DNA from: Candidatus Hermodarchaeota archaeon
GTDB lineage: Archaea > Asgardarchaeota > Lokiarchaeia > Sigyniarchaeales > SOKP01
Length of the DNA: 14,371 nucleotides
Assembly (NCBI GenBank): GCA_048885925.1
Contig: JBHLLG010000069.1
Coordinates: 1 to 14,371, forward strand
Reading direction: 5' to 3'
Positions within the stretch are counted from its first letter, which is position 1, and every line of letters starts with the position of its first letter. Under the pieces are notes generated by a model, which was given only the letters and a program-made list of their open reading frames with translations, was not told where the DNA came from and searched no databases. A program made the translations under genes and the position numbers. This document shows positions 8,514 to 14,371 of the stretch, piece after piece.

Positions 8514-9110
8514 ATGTTATTACAAATAAAACGATTTTCTGAAAAATTATTGCTTCCTATAGCGAGAAAGCTAGTAAAAATATCTGCAAATTATTTTACG
8601 CTTTTTGGTTTAATATCTGCGATTATTACGTTTTTTGGGTTTATATTTCACTTTCTAATAATAATAATAGTATTTCTATTTATTACGGAATTTTTTGATC
8701 AATTAGATGGAGTAGTTGCTCGTCTCCAAGGTCCTACTAAAATAGGGGCATTTCTAGATTCTACTTTAGATAGAATTGGAGATTTTTTTCTTTTTTCTGG
8801 TGTTATATTGGGAGGATACACATCTATAGAAATTGGGCTGATCGTAATCATTGGAGCATTCTTAACATCTTATTCAAGAGCTAAAATTGAAGCTTTAGGA
8901 GTGGATAATCTTTATGGAATAGGAATAATTGAACGTACAGATCGAGTCCCCATTTTATTTATTGGAGCTATTCTACAAATATGGTTTCCCGTTGCTATGT
9001 GTTGGACAATGATTTTTTTAGCAATTGGAACTAATATTACGGTTCTTCAAAGAATATTCTTTGCTTATCGTAATTTTTCTAATAAAAGTAAAAAGCAAGA
9101 TATAGAATAA
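8514..9110 (+). CDS. pgsA: CDP-alcohol phosphatidyltransferase, probably archaetidylinositol-phosphate synthase-like
   Basis: Signature DQLDGVVAR...GAFLDSTLDRIGD (DxxDGxxAR...GxxxDxxxD), N-terminal SANYFT, SYSRAKIEALG and GIIERTDR, which are typical of PIP/AIP synthases. Several TM helices. Confidence 0.9.
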   Translation: MLLQIKRFSEKLLLPIARKLVKISANYFTLFGLISAIITFFGFIFHFLIIIIVFLFITEFFDQLDGVVARLQGPTKIGAFLDSTLDRIGDFFLFSGVILGGYTSIEIGLIVIIGAFLTSYSRAKIEALGVDNLYGIGIIERTDRVPILFIGAILQIWFPVAMCWTMIFLAIGTNITVLQRIFFAYRNFSNKSKKQDIE

Positions 9111-9150
9111 GTGTTAAGTGTTAAAAAAAAATGAAAAAGAAAATTTTACT

Positions 9151-9807
9151 TTAAAATTGCTTACGACTAAATAAAATAATATTTATAAGCATCATTGTCG
9201 TGGTAACGGATATTCCCAAGATTATTGCTAATATTTGAGGATCTAAACCAGGAATTAAAAATGTGGGTAAAATAAGAAGAGAAGATAGTTGACTTCCTAA
9301 ATATACAGATAAAATTGCAGCTACGGGAACTGAGGATACTAATACTCCAAAAAATATTCCTATTGAACAAGTAATAGCCATTGAAGACATACTAATTACA
9401 AGTGAATCAAATATTAGACCTAATAAGTGTTCTGGAAGTTCTATAGTAATAGCATCGATGATTAATCCTACAATTAAAGAGATAACAACTGCTATAGTCA
9501 AACATAAAAAGACAGCGAAAAATTTTACGAGAAGTAAATTATAACGTTTGACAGGTCTGATTAAAAATAAATCATAGACATGACGATTCTTTTCACTAAC
9601 TATTGAAGTACTAAGCATAATACCTGAAAGAGTCCCACCAATACTGGAAACAACTATAGCGACTAAGTATGAAATTGGTAAATCTTCTTGAGACGGAAAA
9701 AAGTGAATTAACATTGATAATAAAGGTAATCCAAACCATAAAACAATCATTACCTTAGATTTTGCATATCCTTTTAATTCATCCAAAAAAAGTAGTACGA
9801 AGCTCAT
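9151..9807 (-). CDS. ABC-2 type exporter permease
   Basis: About 6 hydrophobic segments and the motif SIVSEKNRHVYDLFLIRPVKRYNLLLVKF. The start overlaps the ATPase stop (ATGA, 9804-9807). Confidence 0.88.
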   Translation of the reverse strand: MSFVLLFLDELKGYAKSKVMIVLWFGLPLLSMLIHFFPSQEDLPISYLVAIVVSSIGGTLSGIMLSTSIVSEKNRHVYDLFLIRPVKRYNLLLVKFFAVFLCLTIAVVISLIVGLIIDAITIELPEHLLGLIFDSLVISMSSMAITCSIGIFFGVLVSSVPVAAILSVYLGSQLSSLLILPTFLIPGLDPQILAIILGISVTTTMMLINIILFSRKQF

Positions 9808-10754
9808 TCACTTTCACCTCCCACATATTTCAAATAAACTTCTTCCAAACTTGGTTTTATTAAATTGAAATTTCGAACTTTACATTTTTGTTCATTTAAC
9901 ATAGCCATAATCTGATGAATTGTTAAATCAATATCAGCCTCAGATTTCAAGTGCACTAATTGTTTATATGATTTTACTTTTTCAAAATAATCAACACCAC
10001 TTATATTTTCTAATTCCGTACACATTGGAGTATTTTCAACTACTGCAATTTCCAATATGTTCCCTACGTGAAAACTATTTTGAAGCTCTTCAGGAGTACC
10101 AATTTTCATTATTTTCCCTCTATTCAAAATACCAATTTTATCTGCAATATCCTGTACATCACTTAGTATATGTGATGAGAATAGAATTGTTTTTCCGCTC
10201 TTCGCAAGTCCTTTAATTATTTTTTTAAATTGAATTCTGGTACCTGGGTCCAATCCAGTTAAAGGTTCATCTAATACCAAGATTTCTGGTTCATGTAGTA
10301 GAGCCTGTACTAATCTTAACTTTTGAAACATACCCCCAGATAAATGAATAATTTTCTTATTTCGAACATCATTAAGATTCAGTAACCGTAGACCCTCCTG
10401 AATACGATTCTCAAGGTTTTCTGAAGTAAGTCCAGATAATCGACCAAACGTTTTAAGACTATGATCAATTGTACGCCATTCTTGGAACCCTGCTTCCTGT
10501 GGATGGTATCCTATTAACTTATGTAGTTCTTCCCAATTGTTATAGACATTTTTTCCATTAACATATACATCTCCAGAATAATCCTTAATTAGGCTAACAA
10601 GAATTTTAATTGTCGTAGTTTTTCCTGCACCATTTGGTCCAATATAACCAAAGACTTCTCCTTTTTGTATTTTAAAAGAAATATTATCTAATGCTAAAAA
10701 TCCTTTATATTTTTTGGATACATTATGAAATTCTATCAAGGTTTCCCTATCCAA
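9804..10754 (-). CDS. ABC exporter ATP-binding protein (CcmA/DrrA/YxlF-like) with C-terminal extension
   Basis: Walker A GPNGAGKTT, signature LSGGM, Walker B ILVLDEP, H-loop SSH, C-terminal PSLEEVYL. The start codon is uncertain (TTG at 10754). Confidence 0.93.
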   Translation of the reverse strand: MDRETLIEFHNVSKKYKGFLALDNISFKIQKGEVFGYIGPNGAGKTTTIKILVSLIKDYSGDVYVNGKNVYNNWEELHKLIGYHPQEAGFQEWRTIDHSLKTFGRLSGLTSENLENRIQEGLRLLNLNDVRNKKIIHLSGGMFQKLRLVQALLHEPEILVLDEPLTGLDPGTRIQFKKIIKGLAKSGKTILFSSHILSDVQDIADKIGILNRGKIMKIGTPEELQNSFHVGNILEIAVVENTPMCTELENISGVDYFEKVKSYKQLVHLKSEADIDLTIHQIMAMLNEQKCKVRNFNLIKPSLEEVYLKYVGGESE

Positions 10755-10848
10755 TGAATTGTCATCTGGGATCTCTTTAAAATTGTGATTCCTCTCAATT
10801 AATGTTACGCATAATCACCTAATTTCGTTTTAATTTGGCTGAATTAAG

Positions 10849-11064
10849 TTATGTATCATCGACATTTAACTTTTCCATTCCAAAAAAAATGTATAATAAA
10901 GGCCCAATTAAATTTAAAATTAGGACGATTATCGTCCAACCTACCTTAGCTCCACTACTTTTGGTATTACTTTTAAATAAATTATGTAAACTATATATTG
11001 CAAGTGAAAAATGGATTAATATTAGTGGTATAGTGAAAATTAATATTTCAAATGACACACACAT
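10849..11064 (-). CDS. Small two-TM PLDc_N (phospholipase D-nuclease N-terminal) domain protein, YxlE-like
   Basis: 71 aa with the characteristic KVGWTIIVLILNLIGPLLYIFFG. An SD-like AGGTGT lies upstream. First gene of the ABC operon. Confidence 0.8.
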   Translation of the reverse strand: MCVSFEILIFTIPLILIHFSLAIYSLHNLFKSNTKSSGAKVGWTIIVLILNLIGPLLYIFFGMEKLNVDDT

Positions 11065-11108
11065 TATCTTTTAACACCTAGTTGTTATACTTTTATTATA
11101 ATAGTCAC

Positions 11109-11195
11109 TTCGACTTTAATAGAATAATATAATTTAATAAATATAAATGTTACTATATTAATAGAGGCATTTATTAAAGTCGAAATATATATTTC
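11109..11195. promoter_or_regulatory. Divergent promoter region with a 13-bp perfect inverted repeat and a 14-bp palindrome (candidate operators)
   Basis: TTCGACTTTAATA (11109-11121) and its reverse complement TATTAAAGTCGAA (11172-11184), 50-nt spacer. Palindrome GAAATATATATTTC (11182-11195). Confidence 0.6.
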
Positions 11196-11236
11196 TGATA
11201 GAAATAACTTAATTATATTAAAATTATGGAAAAAAT

Positions 11237-11656
11237 ATGGCAATAAAATCAAACCTCGGACCTTTAGAATTAACAATAATGAAATTGATGTGGGAAAATG
11301 GTTTATCTACAGTAAGGGCGATTTATGAAGTATTATCAAAAGAAAGGAAGATTGCTCTTACTACAGTTAGTACAACAATGAATAGACTATTTAAGAAAGG
11401 ACTATTAACTCGAGATATTCAAACAGGTAAAGGAGGTCTTTTTTATAACTATAAAGTAAAAGAGACGAAAAAAGGTTTTGAAAATAAATCATCTAGAAAT
11501 TTAGCAAAACAAATAATTGATTCTTACGGTAATACAGCGTCAATGAAGATAATTCAAGAAATTTCAAAAAATTATAATGAAGAAGAATTAGATGAACTAT
11601 TGGAAGAATTGGAAAAACTTAGAAAACTAAAAGATGGTGAACATAATTCAGATTAA
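11237..11656 (+). CDS. BlaI/MecI/CopY family transcriptional repressor
   Basis: LGPLELTIMKLMWE...TVRAIYEVL...IALTTVSTTMNRLFKKGLLTR is the family winged-helix signature, followed by C-terminal dimerisation helices. Confidence 0.92.
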   Translation: MAIKSNLGPLELTIMKLMWENGLSTVRAIYEVLSKERKIALTTVSTTMNRLFKKGLLTRDIQTGKGGLFYNYKVKETKKGFENKSSRNLAKQIIDSYGNTASMKIIQEISKNYNEEELDELLEELEKLRKLKDGEHNSD

Positions 11657-12416
11657 TCAAATAATGAAATATTTTATAATTATTGGTTATCTAGTTATAA
11701 CAATTGTAATTCCCTTAATATATACAGCCTTTAATGCTATACTTATAATAATCTCATTTTATTCATCATTATTTATTTTAGGAATTATATGGTATTGGAG
11801 AGGAGGAAATTCCATTCTAAAAAAAAATGAAATTAACTTTTTAGAGGGGGAAAATTGTGAGGACTTACAAAACATTATTCTCGATTTAAAAAATAAAATT
11901 GGAATAAAAGCTAATATTAGAATTGGTATTCTTGATGAAGCTCTTCCTAATGCGTTTACATTATTTTTAAGCCCACGGAATTATTCTATTATTTTATCAG
12001 TGGGTATCTTTGAAAACTTAGATACCAATGAAATAAACTCTGTTATTGCTCATGAATTATTTCATATAAAAAATAGAGATGTCTGGATAAAAGCTCTTTT
12101 TATTATTGGTAGATTTGTATCATTTCCATTAGGACCCCTTATTGAAGCATATGTCTCTCGTTCAAGAGAAATTCATGCTGATTTAGAAAGCTCTAAATTT
12201 ACGAAAGATCCTTTATCACTTGCAACGGCTTTATTGAGAATGGGAAAATGTTACTACTTAAATCCAGAAATAGATTTCAATATTACTAATGTTTCAAAAA
12301 GCTTTTGGATTGTAAACAATTCTAATAAAAAACAAACTAATATAATAAGAAAATTGATATCAAGACATCCCTTAATAGAACATAGAATAAAAAAATTAAT
12401 GTCCCTTAAAATCTGA
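11634..12416 (+). CDS. Membrane zinc metalloprotease, M48 (HtpX-like)/M56 (BlaR1 protease-like), without a penicillin-binding domain
   Basis: N-terminal TM helices, PNAF, EINSVIAHELFHIKNRD (HExxH), SRSREIHAD, SRHPLIEHRI. An alternative ATG start lies at 11664, just after the repressor stop. Confidence 0.9.
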   Translation: MVNIIQINQIMKYFIIIGYLVITIVIPLIYTAFNAILIIISFYSSLFILGIIWYWRGGNSILKKNEINFLEGENCEDLQNIILDLKNKIGIKANIRIGILDEALPNAFTLFLSPRNYSIILSVGIFENLDTNEINSVIAHELFHIKNRDVWIKALFIIGRFVSFPLGPLIEAYVSRSREIHADLESSKFTKDPLSLATALLRMGKCYYLNPEIDFNITNVSKSFWIVNNSNKKQTNIIRKLISRHPLIEHRIKKLMSLKI

Positions 12417-12484
12417 GAATAAGGAACTTAGAATCATATATTTTACTAAATTTTGATTTATGAAATTCTTATAAAAAGATCTTT

Positions 12485-13627
12485 TCAATTTCTTAATCTT
12501 GGAACAGCTTCATATACTTTTCTCATACCTTCTAACAGTGAAATAGCACCTTCTGGACAAAAATGGGCGCATATACCACATCCAATACAACGTGTTTTAT
12601 TTATTTCAGCTTTGATATCATTATTCAGATTAATTGCATCTACTGGACATTTCTTTATACATGTTTCACATCCAGTACATAGACCTTCATCTACACGTGC
12701 TAAAAAGTTTGTCCAATTAATAAGAGCAGTTACTCCCATCCTCCACCATTCAAGAGTTCCACAGCAACATTTGCAACAATTACAAAATGAACTTTCCTCT
12801 CTTGCTAAGTCTGAATTAGGATGAAAAATTTTATGAACTAAGCCATCTTTTTCTGAATCTTTTAAAATTTTCAAAGCTTCTTCTCTTGAAATTTTTCTGG
12901 CAAATCCTTGTTCTACACAATAACGAGCAGATTTTCCTAAAGTAAAACAATTTTCTCTTAATTCAGTCGTTTTACAAGAATTTCCTAATAAATCTTTATG
13001 ATGTCGACAGAAGCAATGCCCAACAGCGATATCATCAGATTTTTTTAGAATCTCTTCTATTTTTTGAGTGGGGATTAGCTTTTCTTCAGGTACATTAATT
13101 TCTTCATTAATAGATATTTCTATCTCTTTACCAGAAACACTATTATCCAATATGGGAATTGTTCGATCATATGCTGGTAAATTATCAAAAATAGGAGCTA
13201 TTGTATTATAGTGTGCCTGAATAAAATCACTTAACTCTTTAAATAATTGAGTAAAAAGTTCAGCAAGTTTTTTTTCATTTTCATTAAATTCTAATTTTTT
13301 CATAAATGCATATTCAAACACTCCAACCATTAGTAAAGGCATTAATCTATAGACCATAATCCCTTCTGAATTTGGTTGATTAAATATAATTCCTTTTCCA
13401 GCAAGCGATTTCGCATGTTTTTGAATTTGTTCTTCTGACAATTTACTACTTTGCTTAAGTTGTTCCATATTTTGGGATGATTTTCGGCTAAAAGCCATAA
13501 TAAATTCTAGTTCCTCTTCATTAATTAACAACTTTAAAATTTCAATCATTGTATCATTAATAGGAAAAGGAAATACTCCAGCTTTTACAATACTCCTCGC
13601 AGCTTTTTTATATTTTTCGTCTAACAT
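12485..13627 (-). CDS. Iron-sulfur protein: N-terminal wHTH-like region, Cys-rich middle domain, C-terminal 2x[4Fe-4S] ferredoxin
   Basis: CTGCETCIKKCP and CIGCGICAHFCP ferredoxin motifs. Additional Cys motifs: CFCR, C...C, CNCCKCCCG. Confidence 0.88.
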   Translation of the reverse strand: MLDEKYKKAARSIVKAGVFPFPINDTMIEILKLLINEEELEFIMAFSRKSSQNMEQLKQSSKLSEEQIQKHAKSLAGKGIIFNQPNSEGIMVYRLMPLLMVGVFEYAFMKKLEFNENEKKLAELFTQLFKELSDFIQAHYNTIAPIFDNLPAYDRTIPILDNSVSGKEIEISINEEINVPEEKLIPTQKIEEILKKSDDIAVGHCFCRHHKDLLGNSCKTTELRENCFTLGKSARYCVEQGFARKISREEALKILKDSEKDGLVHKIFHPNSDLAREESSFCNCCKCCCGTLEWWRMGVTALINWTNFLARVDEGLCTGCETCIKKCPVDAINLNNDIKAEINKTRCIGCGICAHFCPEGAISLLEGMRKVYEAVPRLRN

Positions 13628-13761
13628 TTCTTAACTTTTTCAAATTATTTTTAAATATAATCAAATCTAAGAATATTTAATAATATTTTATTATGGAAAA
13701 AATTTAACATAATGATTTTTTACATAATTTTATGCAATAAATCTATAAAATTTGAATAAAA

Positions 13762-14371
13762 ATGGAGAAAGATAAGGAATATAGAACCTACCCAGAATTT
13801 AGTACTCACTACCCCCTACTCCTCACGACTTTTATGAAAAGGCCTGTTAAAATTTATCCAAATCAGATTGGCGTAGTTTATCGAAACCATATCACTGGTG
13901 AGTATCAGCGTTTTACATGGATTGAGTGGTATAAACGTACTTGCCGTTTAGCTAATACCTTGAATTCTCTTGAAGTGAAGCATGGAAAACCTGGTGAACC
14001 AGGCGAAAGAGTTGCTACAATGGCACTAAATACCCATAGGCATCTAGAGCTTTATTATGCTGTGCCCTGCAGTGGGGCAGTACTCCATCCTATTAATGTA
14101 AGACTCGCGTTGGATCATATAATATATACTATAAATCATGCGGAAGATAGAGTGATATTCTTTGATGATTTATTTCTTCCACTGGTTGAAAGCATCTATG
14201 ATAGAATAAAAAACACTGTAAAGGCATTTATCTATATGTCAGATAAACCAGGATTGCCGAATACAAAGATAGAGAATCTTTTTGAGTATGAAGAGCTGCT
14301 TAAACAGGAATCTGAAGAATTCGAATGGCCTTATTTGAGTGAGGATAACTATGCCACTCTTTGTTATACTA
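13762..14371 (+). CDS. Fatty-acid/acyl-CoA ligase (AMP-forming, AlkK/DmdB/FadD-like), 5' part, runs off the window end
   Basis: Manual translation from ATG 13762: MEKDKEYRTYPEFSTHYPLLLTTFMKRPVKIYP...GERVATMALNTHRHLELYYAVPCSGAVLHPINVRL...YTINHAEDRVIFFD...YEELL...EDNYATLCYT. It stops exactly where the AMP-binding YT(S/T)GTTG motif would begin. Not in the ORF track because there is no stop codon in the window. Confidence 0.92.
   Translation, partial: MEKDKEYRTYPEFSTHYPLLLTTFMKRPVKIYPNQIGVVYRNHITGEYQRFTWIEWYKRTCRLANTLNSLEVKHGKPGEPGERVATMALNTHRHLELYYAVPCSGAVLHPINVRLALDHIIYTINHAEDRVIFFDDLFLPLVESIYDRIKNTVKAFIYMSDKPGLPNTKIENLFEYEELLKQESEEFEWPYLSEDNYATLCYT

Noticed and set aside
9167-10216. ORFs 9167-9370 (-) and 9920-10216 (+)
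   Set aside because: Alternative-frame or antisense overlaps within the ABC permease and ATPase.
11109-11184. Inverted repeat interpreted as a MITE/IS remnant
   Set aside because: Only 76 nt long, with no clear target-site duplication and no transposase nearby. Its position in a divergent promoter favours a regulatory role.
10835-11276. ORFs 10835-11074 (+) and 11085-11276 (-)
   Set aside because: The first is antisense to the PLDc_N gene. The second spans the AT-rich promoter region and overlaps the repressor start, and its hydrophobicity reflects AT bias.
11237-12416. Calling the pair a true blaI/blaR1 beta-lactam resistance locus
   Set aside because: The protease has no penicillin-binding sensor domain, no beta-lactamase gene is present, and its motifs are closer to HtpX/M48.
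12453-12824. 123-aa ORF on +
   Set aside because: Antisense shadow of the ferredoxin domain.

Overview
AT-rich, gene-dense chromosomal window, most likely from an Asgard archaeon (Lokiarchaeia/Promethearchaeota-like). This assignment is an inference from the longin-like/small-GTPase fusion, the HEAT/coiled-coil protein, the archaeal-type CDP-alcohol phosphotransferase, GGTGA Shine-Dalgarno motifs and oligo-T terminators. Left part (1-5134): four poorly characterised genes, namely an AbrB-like/helical protein, a HEAT + repeated coiled-coil protein, a Cys-cluster protein and a longin-like + small GTPase + helical + Pro-rich fusion with a degenerate G3 motif. Middle: two tandem 497-aa M32 carboxypeptidase paralogues (the second has HES changed to GES) and a CDP-alcohol phosphatidyltransferase. 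Right part: a divergent module. A BlaI/MecI/CopY repressor plus an M48/M56 membrane zinc protease lies on +, and a PLDc_N membrane protein, ABC ATPase and permease (yxlEFG-like) lie on -. Between them are a perfect 13-bp inverted repeat and a 14-bp palindrome. A multi-Cys ferredoxin-domain protein and the truncated 5' part of an acyl-CoA ligase (absent from the ORF track) follow. No RNA genes, CRISPR arrays or mobile elements were seen.
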